Assembly: GCA_027021705.1 (NCBI GenBank)
Contig: JALUTT010000120.1
Coordinates: forward strand, 37,005 to 101,004
Origin: Anaerolineae bacterium
GTDB taxonomy: Bacteria > Chloroflexota > Anaerolineae > S140-20
DNA length: 64,000 bases
Direction of reading: 5' to 3'
The position numbers were made by a program, and so were the translations under genes. The notes beneath the pieces were generated by a model, which was not told the DNA's origin, did no database searches, and was given only the letters and a program-made list of their open reading frames with translations. Each line of letters opens with the position of its first letter. Within the stretch, counting starts at the first letter, position 1. Of this stretch, positions 45,487 through 55,616 are shown in pieces.

Positions 45487-45760
45487 CCTCTACCTCACGA
45501 TCGCGAGCAGCCAGTCCAGATCGGCTCTGGGCCAAGTAGACATCCGGGTCCCGGTCGGCCCACATCCCAAAAGCCTGGCGGGCCAAAGTCAGCGTCGTAG
45601 GCTGCTTCTCTCCATTGCCAATCTCGATCTGCCCGGCCACCCAGCGCTCTAAGAGGCGGCGGGTGACCTCGCTGATGGTGAGCCCTTCCCGAAGTGCTTT
45701 GGTCCGGGCGGAGTGCCAAAGCTCTCGGGGGATGCGCAGAGAAACGTGTCCCATACCCAT
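45473..45760 (-). CDS. Putative ribbon-helix-helix antitoxin
   Basis: VSLRIPRELW....A..EG.TISEV..LL, FGMWADR; overlaps the toxin start. Confidence 0.7.
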   Translation of the reverse strand: MGMGHVSLRIPRELWHSARTKALREGLTISEVTRRLLERWVAGQIEIGNGEKQPTTLTLARQAFGMWADRDPDVYLAQSRSGLAARDREVEDARN

Positions 45761-45813
45761 CGCTATCCCTCCCGTCCGCTGAGTCCACCTAGGGGGTTAC
45801 TGGTTCTTTGGGC

Positions 45814-45935
45814 GCATCTATTCAGCCTACCCTCCCGCAGGTCACTGGTCGAGGGCGCTTTCAACCCCGATGGGCTATTTGAAGCACGGTTTCGCGTCGG
45901 AAACGCGCCTAACCTGCGGGAGGGTGAGCAGTTAT
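45814..45935 (-). mobile_element. MITE copy 5, 122 bp, inverted, with 8-bp target-site duplication CTTTGGGC
   Basis: CTTTGGGC at 45806-45813 and 45936-45943. Confidence 0.85.
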
Positions 45936-46114
45936 CTTTGGGCGCTATTATGCCTGAGGGCTCGCCTTCTGTCAAGCAGTATGCTACAATTACCGGTTAG
46001 CCGCCTGGTCCAGGGGTCGGCACCAAAGGACCACTGACGGCTGACGGCCGACCGCCGACCGACCGACCATCCGGCTGAGGACCGAGGACTGAGGACCAAG
46101 GACTACCCGACCCA

Positions 46115-48469
46115 ATGGCTACCCAACTACCTGACCGTCCAACCGCTCCTCCATGGCTCCTTCCGGCGCTGCTGCTTCTGCTGCCGGCCCTCGCCTTCGG
46201 CGCAGTGCTGACAGGCCGGGTCTTCTACTGGGGCGTCTACCTCCTGCAGTTCTACCCCTGGCGGCTGCTGGTGGTCCGGGCTTACCAGGCCGGCCGCTGG
46301 CCCCTCTGGACGCCGCTGCTGGGAGCCGGCGCCCCCCTGGCCGCCAACCTCCAGTCGGCCGCCTTCTACCCGCCCAACCTCCTCTTCCTGGTGATGCCGG
46401 TGGAGCGGGCCTTCGGTTGGAGCGTCGTCCTCCACCTGGCCTGGGCCGGGCTGGGGCTCTACGCCTACGCTCGCCTCATTGGCCTGCGCCCCGGCCCGGC
46501 CTTCCTCGCCGGCCTCAGCTTCGGCCTCGGGAGCTACCTGGTCACCCGCACCGTCTTCCTGAGCATGGCCAACGCCGTGCCCTGGGCCGCCTGGGTCCTC
46601 TTCGCCACCGAACGCCTCCTCCGGCACCGGTCCCGCCGTGCCGTCGCCCTCCTGGCCCTGACTATGGCGATGCTCCTCCTGGCCGGCCACGCCCAGACCG
46701 CCTTCTACACCCTCCTCGCCACCACCACCTACGCCCTCTATCGGGCCGCCGGCGAGCGGTCCGCCTCCGCTCTCCGCCCTCTCGCCCTCTACGGCCTCGC
46801 CCTCCTGCTGGGCCTCGCCCTCGCCGCCGTCCAACTGCTTCCCACCGCCGAACTCACCCTCCACTCCCAACGAACAAGCGGCCTGGACGACACCTTCGCC
46901 CTGGAGTACTCCTTCTGGCCCTGGCGGCTGATCACCCTCCTGACGCCCGACTTCTTCGGCCATCCGGCCCGAGACGGCTACCACGGCCAGGGCAACTACT
47001 GGGAGTACGCCGCCTACGTCGGCCTCTTCCCCCTTTTCTTGGCCGGCGCCGCCTTGCACCACTGGTGGCTGGAACGGCGCCGCCCCTCAGGGCCGACCGA
47101 CCCGCTGCGGCTGGTCCCCTTCTTCACCCTGCTCACCCTGGCCGGCCTCTACCTGGCCCTGGGCCAACGGTCGTGGCTCTACATGGCCCTCTACCGCCAC
47201 GTCCCGCCCTTCAGCGCCTTCCAGGCTCCCGCCCGCCTCCTCCTCCTGTGGGCGCTGGGCCTTCCCATCCTGGCGGGGATCGGCCTCCAGCAGGTGACCG
47301 CGCCGGCCGTCCGAGAGCGCTTCGGCCGCCCCACCTGGGAGCCTTGGTTGGTGATCCTGGGGCTGGGCGTGGCCGTAGGCGGCCTGGGAGCCCGCTTCGT
47401 CCCCGGCCTCCCCCCTCGCTTCGGGAACGGGACCCTGCGCCTGGGGCTCGGCCTGGCCCTGGTCGGCGGCCTCATCCTCCTGCGCCACCGCGCCCGGCAT
47501 CCCCGTCCGGCCCGCCGCTGGGAGGCGCTGGCCCTGGCACTGACAGCCGTGGACCTCTTCAGCGTCGCCTGGAATTACCAGCCCACCACCGACCCCGCTC
47601 TCTACCACCAGCTTCCGGCTACGGTGGAGGCTGTGGCGGGGGAAGCAGCCGGTGGTCGGCTCTTCCTGGTCCGCCCCCGCCAGGTCTACGACCGCTACAT
47701 CTCGCTCACCACCTTCGGCGACTCGGCCCCTGAGGCCCTGCAGGGGCTGCTGGAGAGCCTGCACCCCAATCTCAACGCCGCCTACGGGTTGCCCGGCGTG
47801 GACAACTACGAGCCCCTGCTGGTGGGGCGCTACAGCCGCCTGCGAGAGGCGCTGACGACGCGCCCGCTGACGGAGACGCTCCCCCTGCTCCGGCGGCTGG
47901 GTGTCGGCACGCTGTTGGTGCCCGATGCCACAGGGGAGCGGGTCCGGGTCCGGCAGATCGAAGCCTACCCCCGCCTGAGCCTCGTGCCCACCGCCCGCGT
48001 GATCGCCTCCGAGGAAGCGCTGCTGGCCCAGGTGCTGGCCGGGGCCTGGGACCCCCGGCGGGAGGTCCTACTGGCAGCCCCGCCGCCTCCGCCCGCTCCC
48101 AACGGGGCTCCGCCCGCCGAGGAGGGGGACAGCGCTCAAGGCGGTCCAGGGTCGCTCACGATGTTGCGCGATGAGCCAGACCTTGTTACAATACAGGCCG
48201 TCCTCACCGCACCGGCCTACCTGGTACTGATGGACACCCTCTACCCAGGCTGGGAGGCGACGGTGGATGGGCGGCCTGTTCCCATTCTGCGGGCCAACTA
48301 CGCCTTCCGGGCCCTGGCCCTGGAGGCGGGGGAGCATCGGATCGTCTTCCGCTATGCTCCGGCCAGCTTTCGGTGGGGGCTGCGGATCAGCGGCCTGGCC
48401 CTGCTGACCCTGGTGCTGTTGGCCCTGCCCCGACCCGCCCTCCCACCCGCCGACTCGCTGACCCGCTGA
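46115..48469 (+). CDS. YfhO-family (GT-C-like) membrane protein
   Basis: PLWTP..GAG.PL.AN.Q...FYPPN, many TM helices, YPGWEATVDG, ANYAFRAL.L.AGEH.I.F.Y.P. Confidence 0.85.
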   Translation: MATQLPDRPTAPPWLLPALLLLLPALAFGAVLTGRVFYWGVYLLQFYPWRLLVVRAYQAGRWPLWTPLLGAGAPLAANLQSAAFYPPNLLFLVMPVERAFGWSVVLHLAWAGLGLYAYARLIGLRPGPAFLAGLSFGLGSYLVTRTVFLSMANAVPWAAWVLFATERLLRHRSRRAVALLALTMAMLLLAGHAQTAFYTLLATTTYALYRAAGERSASALRPLALYGLALLLGLALAAVQLLPTAELTLHSQRTSGLDDTFALEYSFWPWRLITLLTPDFFGHPARDGYHGQGNYWEYAAYVGLFPLFLAGAALHHWWLERRRPSGPTDPLRLVPFFTLLTLAGLYLALGQRSWLYMALYRHVPPFSAFQAPARLLLLWALGLPILAGIGLQQVTAPAVRERFGRPTWEPWLVILGLGVAVGGLGARFVPGLPPRFGNGTLRLGLGLALVGGLILLRHRARHPRPARRWEALALALTAVDLFSVAWNYQPTTDPALYHQLPATVEAVAGEAAGGRLFLVRPRQVYDRYISLTTFGDSAPEALQGLLESLHPNLNAAYGLPGVDNYEPLLVGRYSRLREALTTRPLTETLPLLRRLGVGTLLVPDATGERVRVRQIEAYPRLSLVPTARVIASEEALLAQVLAGAWDPRREVLLAAPPPPPAPNGAPPAEEGDSAQGGPGSLTMLRDEPDLVTIQAVLTAPAYLVLMDTLYPGWEATVDGRPVPILRANYAFRALALEAGEHRIVFRYAPASFRWGLRISGLALLTLVLLALPRPALPPADSLTR

Positions 48470-48523
48470 CTCGCTGACTCGTTGACTCGCTAACTCGCTG
48501 ACCTACCGGAGGAGAGACGGACG

Positions 48524-49237
48524 TTGAAAGCGACGGTTATTGTGCCTACGTACAACGAACGGGACAACATCCGGCAATTGGTGGACTTGATCCTGGCCCA
48601 GCCCACGCCGGTGGACGTGCTGATCGTGGACGACAACTCCCCTGATGGGACGGGGGAGCTGGCCGATCAACTGGCCGCCCAACGGGATGGGCGGGTGGCG
48701 GTCATCCACCGGCCCGGCAAGCTGGGGCTGGGGACGGCCTACATCGCGGGGTTCAAACAGGCGCTGGCGGCGGGGGCCGAGCGGATCATCACGATGGATG
48801 CCGACTTCTCCCACCACCCCCGCTACATCCCCGACCTGCTGGGCCGCTCGGTCCGGGCCGATCTGGTGATCGGCTCCCGCTACGTGCCGGGGGGAGGCAC
48901 CCGTTTCTGCAGCCTCAAGCGGCGGCTCTTGAGCCGGGGTGCCAACCTCTTCGCCCGCCTGATGCTGGGGCTCCAGGCCCACGACTGCACGGCCGGCTTC
49001 CGCTGCTACCGGCGGGAGGTGCTGCAGTCCATTGACCTGGACGCCATCTTCTCCGATGGCTACTCCTTCCTCATAGAGATGATCTACAAGGTCCAGCGTA
49101 AGGGGTGGCGGGTCGCCGAGGTGCCCATCATCTTCGAGGATCGTCGTCACGGCCTCTCCAAAATCTCCCGGGTGGAGATCGTCAAAGCCCTGTACACGGT
49201 GCTGCGCCTGGCCCCCCACCGTTTCATCCGTCCCTAA
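48524..49237 (+). CDS. Polyprenol-phosphate mannosyltransferase (GT2, Dpm1-like)
   Basis: VPTYNERDNI, VDDNSPDGT, MDADFSH, GSRY, DCTAGFR. Confidence 0.9.
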   Translation: MKATVIVPTYNERDNIRQLVDLILAQPTPVDVLIVDDNSPDGTGELADQLAAQRDGRVAVIHRPGKLGLGTAYIAGFKQALAAGAERIITMDADFSHHPRYIPDLLGRSVRADLVIGSRYVPGGGTRFCSLKRRLLSRGANLFARLMLGLQAHDCTAGFRCYRREVLQSIDLDAIFSDGYSFLIEMIYKVQRKGWRVAEVPIIFEDRRHGLSKISRVEIVKALYTVLRLAPHRFIRP

Positions 49238-49280
49238 CGCGCAGCCCCCAATCACCGACCACAGGCAACACACAACGCAA

Positions 49281-50192
49281 ATGGAATACGTCTCCTGTAA
49301 TCTATGCGGTTCGACCACCAGCCGGGTCCTCTACCCCAGCACGCTGCATCCCGAGGGCAACCCGGACCTCAGCGCCTTCCGCTGTACCAGCAGCGGCTAT
49401 GGTCGTCATCACACCATTGTGCAGTGCACCCGGTGCGGCCTGATCTATGCCAATCCGCGCTGGAACGAGGAGGAGCTGCTGACCCGCTACGAGGCGGTGG
49501 AGGACCCCCTCTACGTGGAGGAGCGGGAGGGCCGGGTCCTCACCTTCCGGCGCCACCTGCGCCCGCTGGAACGGCTAATGCCGCCTGGGGAGGGCCGGCG
49601 GCTGCTGGACGTGGGCTGCCACGTCGGCATCTTCGTCGAGATCGCCAGCGAGCACGGCTGGGATGCCTGGGGGGTGGAGCCCTCCCACTGGGCCGCCGTC
49701 GAAGCGCGGCGCCGGGGGCTCCAGGTCGTGGAAGGGACGATGGCCTCGGCCGGCTTCGCCGATGGCTTCTTCGACGTCATCACGATGTGGGACGTCATCG
49801 AGCATGTGGCCGACCCGATGGCCGAGGTACGGGAAGCCTACCGGCTGCTGAAGCCGGGGGGGCTGCTGGTGATCCACACGATGGACATCGAGAGCCCCTT
49901 CGCCCGGCTGATGGGCGCCCGCTGGCCCTGGCTGATGGAGATGCACATCACCTACTTCTCCCGGCGCACCCTGCGGATGCTGGTGGAGAAGGTCGGCTTC
50001 CAGGTGGTCGAGATCCGGCCCCAGGGCCGCTACCTGCGGCTGGGCTACCTGGCCACCCGCGTGGAAGCCTTCGTTCCCTGGTTGGGGCGGGGTCTGGGAC
50101 GGCTCTTCGCCTGGCTGCGGGTGGATGGCAAGGCGGTGCCCATCAACTTGGGAGACTTGGTGACGCTGTTCGCCGTGAAGCGTGAGGCGTGA
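49281..50192 (+). CDS. Class I SAM-dependent methyltransferase with N-terminal CxxC pairs
   Basis: CNLCG, CTRCG, LLDVGC..G, WDVIEHV, LLKPGG. Confidence 0.88.
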   Translation: MEYVSCNLCGSTTSRVLYPSTLHPEGNPDLSAFRCTSSGYGRHHTIVQCTRCGLIYANPRWNEEELLTRYEAVEDPLYVEEREGRVLTFRRHLRPLERLMPPGEGRRLLDVGCHVGIFVEIASEHGWDAWGVEPSHWAAVEARRRGLQVVEGTMASAGFADGFFDVITMWDVIEHVADPMAEVREAYRLLKPGGLLVIHTMDIESPFARLMGARWPWLMEMHITYFSRRTLRMLVEKVGFQVVEIRPQGRYLRLGYLATRVEAFVPWLGRGLGRLFAWLRVDGKAVPINLGDLVTLFAVKREA

Positions 50193-50256
50193 AGCGTGAG
50201 GCGTGAAGCGTGAGGCGTGAGGCGTGAAGCGTGAAGCGTGAAGCGTGAAACGTGAA
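50173..50256. repeat. Heptamer tandem repeat (GCGTGAA/GCGTGAG)
   Basis: About 12 units overlapping the methyltransferase stop. Confidence 0.9.
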
Positions 50257-50268
50257 GGGGAGGGGAAG

Positions 50269-51726
50269 ATGAGCCAGGAATACGAAGCGATCATCGGCAT
50301 GGAGGTCCATGCCCAACTGCTCACCCGGTCCAAGATGTTCTGCCGCTGTGCCGTGGTGGAGGATGTGGGGGACCTGCCCCCCAACACCTACGTCTGCCCC
50401 GTCTGCACGGGGATGCCGGGCACGCTGCCGGTCATCAACCAACGGGCGGTGGAGTACACCATTATGACCGGTCTGGCGCTGAACTGCCAGATCGCCGAGG
50501 CGAGCGTCTTCGCCCGCAAGAACTACTTCTACCCCGACCTCCCCAAGGGCTATCAGATCTCCCAGTACGAGCTCCCCCTGGCCTCCAACGGCTGGCTGGA
50601 GATCGAGACGGAGGCGGGCCGGCGGCGCATCGGCATCCGGCGTGTCCACCTAGAGGAGGATACGGGCAAGCTCTACCACGTGGGCGACCACAGCCTGGTG
50701 GACTTCAACCGGGCCGGCGTGCCCCTCATCGAGATCGTCACCGAGCCCGACTTCCGCTCCGCCGACGAGGCCTACGCCTACCTGGTGAAACTGCGCACCA
50801 TCCTGCGCTACCTGGGGGTCTCCAGCGGCGATATGGAGAAGGGGGCGATGCGTTGTGAGGCCAACATCTCCCTGCGGCCCGTCGGCTCGGACCAACTGGG
50901 CGTCAAGACGGAGATCAAGAACCTCAACTCCTTCCGGGCGGTCCGCCTGGCCCTGGCCTACGAGATCCAGCGCCAACGGGAGATCCTGGAGGCGGGGGGC
51001 GAGGTGCTCCAGCAGACGATGGGCTGGGATGAGCAGCGGGGGATCACCGTGCCCCAGCGGAGCAAGGAGTACGCTCACGACTACCGCTACTTCCCGGAGC
51101 CGGACCTCCCACCGCTGGAGGTGAGCCGGACCTGGGTGGAGGAGATCCGGGCCCGGCTGCCGGAGCTGCCCGACGCCCGCAAGGAGCGGTTCATCCAGGA
51201 GTACGGCCTGCCGGCCTACGACGCCGGCGTGCTGGTGGCCGACCGGGCGGTGGCCGACTACTTCGAGGCCGCCGTCCAGGTGGGCGACGGGCGGGTGGCC
51301 CCCAAGACGATCAGCAACTGGATCACGGGGGAGCTCTTCCGCCTGCTCAACGAGGCGGGGCAGGAGATCACCCAGGCTCAGGTGACGCCGGAGGCTCTGG
51401 TCACCATCATCCGCCTGGTCCAGGAGCGGACGATCAACATCAACACCGGCAAGGAGGTGCTGGCGAAGGTCTTCGCCACAGGCCGCTCCCCCCGGGCCAT
51501 CGTCGAGGAGGAAGGGTTGGCCCAGATCTCCGACGCCGAGGCCCTGGTGGGCATCGTTGAACGGGTGATCGCCGAGAACCCCGGCCCTGTGGCTCAGTAT
51601 CGGGGTGGGAAGAAGACGGTGCTGGGCTGGTTCGTCGGCCAGGTGATGAAGGCGACCCGGGGGAAGGCGAATCCGCAACTGGTGAAGACGCTGCTCCAGG
51701 AGCGGCTGGAGCAAGAAGAAGGGTGA
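50269..51726 (+). CDS. gatB: Asp/Glu-tRNA(Asn/Gln) amidotransferase subunit B
   Basis: [53 protein letters not shown]. Confidence 0.97.
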   Translation: MSQEYEAIIGMEVHAQLLTRSKMFCRCAVVEDVGDLPPNTYVCPVCTGMPGTLPVINQRAVEYTIMTGLALNCQIAEASVFARKNYFYPDLPKGYQISQYELPLASNGWLEIETEAGRRRIGIRRVHLEEDTGKLYHVGDHSLVDFNRAGVPLIEIVTEPDFRSADEAYAYLVKLRTILRYLGVSSGDMEKGAMRCEANISLRPVGSDQLGVKTEIKNLNSFRAVRLALAYEIQRQREILEAGGEVLQQTMGWDEQRGITVPQRSKEYAHDYRYFPEPDLPPLEVSRTWVEEIRARLPELPDARKERFIQEYGLPAYDAGVLVADRAVADYFEAAVQVGDGRVAPKTISNWITGELFRLLNEAGQEITQAQVTPEALVTIIRLVQERTININTGKEVLAKVFATGRSPRAIVEEEGLAQISDAEALVGIVERVIAENPGPVAQYRGGKKTVLGWFVGQVMKATRGKANPQLVKTLLQERLEQEEG

Positions 51727-51768
51727 CCGGCCTCTGCAGCGTGCCGATCACCCGAAGTAGGAAAAGAA

Positions 51769-51841
51769 GGCTCGGGGGCCAGGATTCGAACCTGGATAGC
51801 GGGATCCAAAGTCCCGCGTCCTGCCGTTAGACGACCCCCGA
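51769..51841 (-). tRNA. tRNA-Gln (anticodon TTG)
   Basis: Acceptor TCGGGGG/CCCCCGA, anticodon arm CGGGA-CTTTGGA-TCCCG, T-loop GGTTCGAATCC; ends G-CC-T (CCA not fully encoded). Confidence 0.95.
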
Positions 51842-52176
51842 CTGTTGGAAACCCCGGCTTCCCGGAGGATTTTAGGGCTCAGGCCCCGGCTCCCGTCCCA
51901 GTGGGTTCGGGAGCCGGGGGGTTTTGAGCCAACACCTGCTTCTCAAAAAAAGACGGACGCAGTGCTCACCCGGCCCGCGCCCGTCCGATGGTGCTCCTCA
52001 TCTCCTGGTTCTGGGTGAGGATCGCGCACCCCTTCCGGCGCAGGGTCGTGGCGAGGCACCCTGTTGGCCGGTATCAGCCGTTCGGAAGGGGGAAGGCCCT
52101 TCCGGCCCGCCTTTGGAACCCCGGCCCCAGGCCGATGGCGCTCGGAGCCACTGCCGCCTATTGCCCGGCTCGTCCA

Positions 52177-52383
52177 TCACTCTCGGACCTCCACGGCTGT
52201 CCGATCCAGCATCTGCAGGATGTCCGATCCCCGGATGAAAACGCGGCGCACCCCGTTGGGCCGGCTGACCCGCAGTTGCCCGGAGGCGATAAGCCGTTTG
52301 AGCGTGCTCAGGCTAATGCCCAGCAACGCCGCCGCCTCCTCGCGGGAGTAGATGGCATTGGGGTGAACGACCGGCTTTTCCAC
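52177..52383 (-). CDS. Excisionase-like (HTH_17) DNA-binding protein
   Basis: YSREEAAALLGISLSTLKRLI..G.L; RBS GAGGAG. Confidence 0.8.
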   Translation of the reverse strand: MEKPVVHPNAIYSREEAAALLGISLSTLKRLIASGQLRVSRPNGVRRVFIRGSDILQMLDRTAVEVRE

Positions 52384-52416
52384 GGGGGCTCTCCTCGCCT
52401 GGTACAGCACATCCCC

Positions 52417-52445
52417 ATTCTACCACAGCTTGACCACGATGTCAA
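52417..52445 (-). promoter_or_regulatory. Sigma70-type promoter for the HTH gene
   Basis: TTGACA-17 bp-TAGAAT, with TG extension. Confidence 0.65.
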
Positions 52446-52647
52446 GGGGTTTGTGCGGCCTTTTAGGGTCATCTAGGGCTCTCTACGGATCAACTTTACA
52501 AGCGGGGATGGTCGTCTGTCCCTTCGTCTGCGTGGGATCGGCCGAGGGCGTAGCTTCGCTCGTTCCACGCTTCCTCGAGATTCTCCTCGAAGTCACGGAG
52601 ACACTGGGGGTGGTGAGGACGAAGAGCCCCCTACGAGGGCTTTGCCA

Positions 52648-54978
52648 TCACTCGCTCCCAAGTGGGCTGAGGTAGCGGGCGACGACCCAGCCGACCCGCC
52701 CCTGGTCGTCCCGCACTTGGACCCAGAGCTCCCCTTCGACCTCCTGGGAGCGGTTGAGGAGTTCCACCTGAGCGCCCTCGGCCAGCACGCCGGCCACCGC
52801 CCCCCCCGGCTGCCAGCGCAACCGCAACCCTCGCCCGCCGGTGCCCGTGACGACGGCCAACGCCGGGGTCGGCGTCGGCGTGACGGTGGGCGTGGCTGTC
52901 GGGGTCGGCGTTAAAGTGGGCGTCGCCGTGGACGTCGGCGTCGGGGTGGGCGTCGCCGTGGTGGTCGGCGTGGCCGTCGGCGTTGGCGTGGGGGTAGGCG
53001 TTGGCCCCGGCGTCGGCGTCGGGGTGGGCGTCGGGGTGGGCGTCGGTGTCGGCGGCACGAAGGGGTCCAGTTGGGTGGTTGGGATCACCGTCAGCACCAG
53101 GGCCACCGGGCGTTGCAAGCGGGTGGCTACCCGCTCCTGCAGGGCGACCGTCTCCTCGTGGCGCACCGAACGGGTCGCCCGCACGGTGATCTGCAGGTGG
53201 AGGATACCCTCGCCCATCGCCGCGATCTGTACCTCCTCCAGGGTGACGCCGGGCAACGCTGCCAGTTCGGCCTGCACAGCCTCCTGGACGGTCTGGCGGA
53301 GGCGAGCCTCGGTCACCGAGCGGTAGGTGAGCAGGCCCAGGGGCAGGCTGATGGCCACCAGCAGGATCACGATGCCTATCACGCCGCGCCCGAAAAGGCG
53401 CTGCCGTTCCCGCTTCTCCGGCTCCGGTTTGAAGCCCAGGAGCAGAAAGGTGGTGCCGCCGGCGGCGGCGATGGCGACCAGGTTGGTGGCGAAGAGGAGG
53501 AAGGCCCCGCCGGCGATCCGACCACTGCCCAGGGCCAGGCCGATCCCTGCCGCCGCCAGGGGCGGGACCAGGGAGGCAGCGATGGCCACCCCCGGCAGGG
53601 CCGAGGAGACCTCCTTGCGGCAGAGGGCGTAGGCGCCGGCCGCCCCCGAGGCCAGCGCCACCCCCAGGTCTAGGAGGGTGGGGCGGGTTCGGGCCAGGAC
53701 CTCCGCCGTCGCCTGGGCGTCGGGAACGAGGAGGCCGATCAGGAAACCCACGCCGCTGGCGAGGATGATCCCCCGCAGGGTAGAAGTGATGGACAGCCGG
53801 AGCAGGTGGGCGTCGCCCAGGGTGATGGCCAGCCCTAGCCCGACGATGGGCGACATCAGGGGGGCCACGAGCATCGCGCCGATGACCAGGGCCGGGCTGT
53901 TGAGCAGCAGCCCCAGGGCCGCGATGGTGGCCGAGAGGCTGATCATCACCGAGAAGTCGGTGGTAGCGCGGGCGCTGCGCCGCACCTCCCAGAAGACCTC
54001 CCACCGTTCCTCCTCGCTGAGGGTGGGGAAGAGGGCGAAGATGCGGTCCCAGGTCCGGCGGGCGATGTGCAGGGCCGGCCCCAGCCGACGCTTGACGACG
54101 ATGACGGGGATGGGGGAGCGGCGGGCCACCTGGCGCGGCACCTCGCCGAAGAGGACGCGGTTGATCACCCCCTCCCGCGAAGCGCCGATGAGGATGGCGT
54201 CGTAGCCCTGGCCCGCCGCCTTGAGGATGCCCGCCGTGGGGGAGACCGCCTCGATCAGTTGGGTGGACAGGGGGGCCTTGGCCCCCGACGAGGCCGCCGA
54301 GTAGGGGGCAGCCGCCGGTGCTGCCCCTACTTCCCCCAGACCCTCGGGGATGGGGGCGAGGGTGCTGCGGATGGCCTCACGGGCGGCCTGCCGCTGGAGG
54401 GGGCCGGCGTTGGCCTGCACGACGGCCAGGACGGTGGCCTGACCTCCGTGGTGACGGGCCAGGGCGTAGGCGATCTGAGCGGCCAGCGCGGCGTTGGGAC
54501 CGCCGGCCGTGGGGACCAGCAGCCGACGCAAGGAATGGGCCTCCATCGGGGTCGAGAGGCGCATCACCGCCATGTCGCAGGGCGGGTCTTCCATCAGCGC
54601 AGCCACAGCATCCCGACCATACCAGACGAACTGCCGGGCACTGCTCTGGGAGCGGCCTCGCTCCGACTCCCCTTGCCAGCCCATCACCAGCAGGCGGACC
54701 TGCTCCTCATGGACGACCTGGCGGATGGTCTGGACCGTGTCGCCGCTGGTGCGGAAGAGCCCCCGGGCGGCCACCCCCATCGCTCGGGCCTGGGCGATGG
54801 CCGCCTCCAGCAACGGGGTTGTGCCCCCCTCGGCATGCTCCCCCCACCGGGCCTGGACGTGTAGGAAGAGCAGTTCCCCGCCCCAGGCCAGGGCACAGGG
54901 GCCGGCCACCGCCAACAGTGGGGCGATCTCCTCCGGGGTGGTGATGGGCACCAGAATCCTCGTTGCCTCATCCCTCAT
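52648..54978 (-). CDS. Tandem Usp domains + DUF389 (TIGR00341-like) membrane domain + PT repeat + SH3-like domain
   Basis: LLVPTAGGPNA, IGASREG, IGAMLVAPLMSPI, LPGVAIAASLVPPL, (PT)n, GWVVARYL. Confidence 0.8.
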   Translation of the reverse strand: MRDEATRILVPITTPEEIAPLLAVAGPCALAWGGELLFLHVQARWGEHAEGGTTPLLEAAIAQARAMGVAARGLFRTSGDTVQTIRQVVHEEQVRLLVMGWQGESERGRSQSSARQFVWYGRDAVAALMEDPPCDMAVMRLSTPMEAHSLRRLLVPTAGGPNAALAAQIAYALARHHGGQATVLAVVQANAGPLQRQAAREAIRSTLAPIPEGLGEVGAAPAAAPYSAASSGAKAPLSTQLIEAVSPTAGILKAAGQGYDAILIGASREGVINRVLFGEVPRQVARRSPIPVIVVKRRLGPALHIARRTWDRIFALFPTLSEEERWEVFWEVRRSARATTDFSVMISLSATIAALGLLLNSPALVIGAMLVAPLMSPIVGLGLAITLGDAHLLRLSITSTLRGIILASGVGFLIGLLVPDAQATAEVLARTRPTLLDLGVALASGAAGAYALCRKEVSSALPGVAIAASLVPPLAAAGIGLALGSGRIAGGAFLLFATNLVAIAAAGGTTFLLLGFKPEPEKRERQRLFGRGVIGIVILLVAISLPLGLLTYRSVTEARLRQTVQEAVQAELAALPGVTLEEVQIAAMGEGILHLQITVRATRSVRHEETVALQERVATRLQRPVALVLTVIPTTQLDPFVPPTPTPTPTPTPTPTPGPTPTPTPTPTATPTTTATPTPTPTSTATPTLTPTPTATPTVTPTPTPALAVVTGTGGRGLRLRWQPGGAVAGVLAEGAQVELLNRSQEVEGELWVQVRDDQGRVGWVVARYLSPLGSE

Positions 54979-55066
54979 CGCTCGTCTCTCATTGCTCCCC
55001 TGCGCGTTGCGGCCCCTCCGGCTGCCGGCCAGCCCCCCCGTGCGGGGAGAGGAGGGATGACCCGGT

Positions 55067-55525
55067 TCAATCCCCCTTCCCGACGACTTTCTGGTCCCCC
55101 GTCACGATGACGCTGCCCGATACATCCCCGCCGATGGCGACGCCTCGCTCCCCGGCGGCCACGGCTCCCGGCCCCTGAGCGATGGCCCCGGAGCCGTGCA
55201 GTTCGGCGTGGTAGGAGGTGCCGGGCTCCAGGCCCTGGGCCTTCAGCAGGTTCAGGAGCTCCCGGGCCTGACGCACCACCTCGGCGTCCTGGCCGGCGCC
55301 GGCCGCCTCCAGTTCCTCCTTCAACACCCCCTTCCGGGCGTCGGAGTCGGGCTTCTTCTCTACGCCCTGGATGGCTCCCTGGAGGTCGGCCTTCTCGCCG
55401 AACTTGCGGAGGAGGAGGGCCTTGAGGCCGGCGTAGCCATCCTTCACCGCCTGGCCCACCGTCTCCTTGGCTGCGGCCGCGGCTCCCGCCGCCACCGCCG
55501 TCACAATGGTCGTGATCGGGTCCAT
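55067..55525 (-). CDS. Bell-domain (HeLo-like) protein with C-terminal amyloid-like signalling motif
   Basis: MDPITTIVTAVAAGAAAA...AVKDGYAGLKALLLRKF...EKKPDS; tail GSGAIAQGPGAVAAGERGVAIGGDVSGSVIVTGD; RBS AAGGAGG. Confidence 0.75.
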   Translation of the reverse strand: MDPITTIVTAVAAGAAAAAKETVGQAVKDGYAGLKALLLRKFGEKADLQGAIQGVEKKPDSDARKGVLKEELEAAGAGQDAEVVRQARELLNLLKAQGLEPGTSYHAELHGSGAIAQGPGAVAAGERGVAIGGDVSGSVIVTGDQKVVGKGD

Positions 55526-55616
55526 CTTCACCTCCTTTTCGTTCCTCATCTCTCATTCCCTCGTTGCCTCATCGTCCCATCCCCTCGTTGCCTCATCGCC
55601 CCATCCCCTCGTTGCC

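Noticed and set aside
51845..52176. Structured ncRNA between tRNA-Gln and the HTH gene
   Set aside because: Several GC-rich hairpins, but no recognisable RNA family signature; consistent with terminators
51769..52445. Integrative element at tRNA-Gln suggested by the excisionase-like HTH gene
   Set aside because: No integrase and no duplicated tRNA 3' end found; the HTH gene lies on the 5' side of the tRNA
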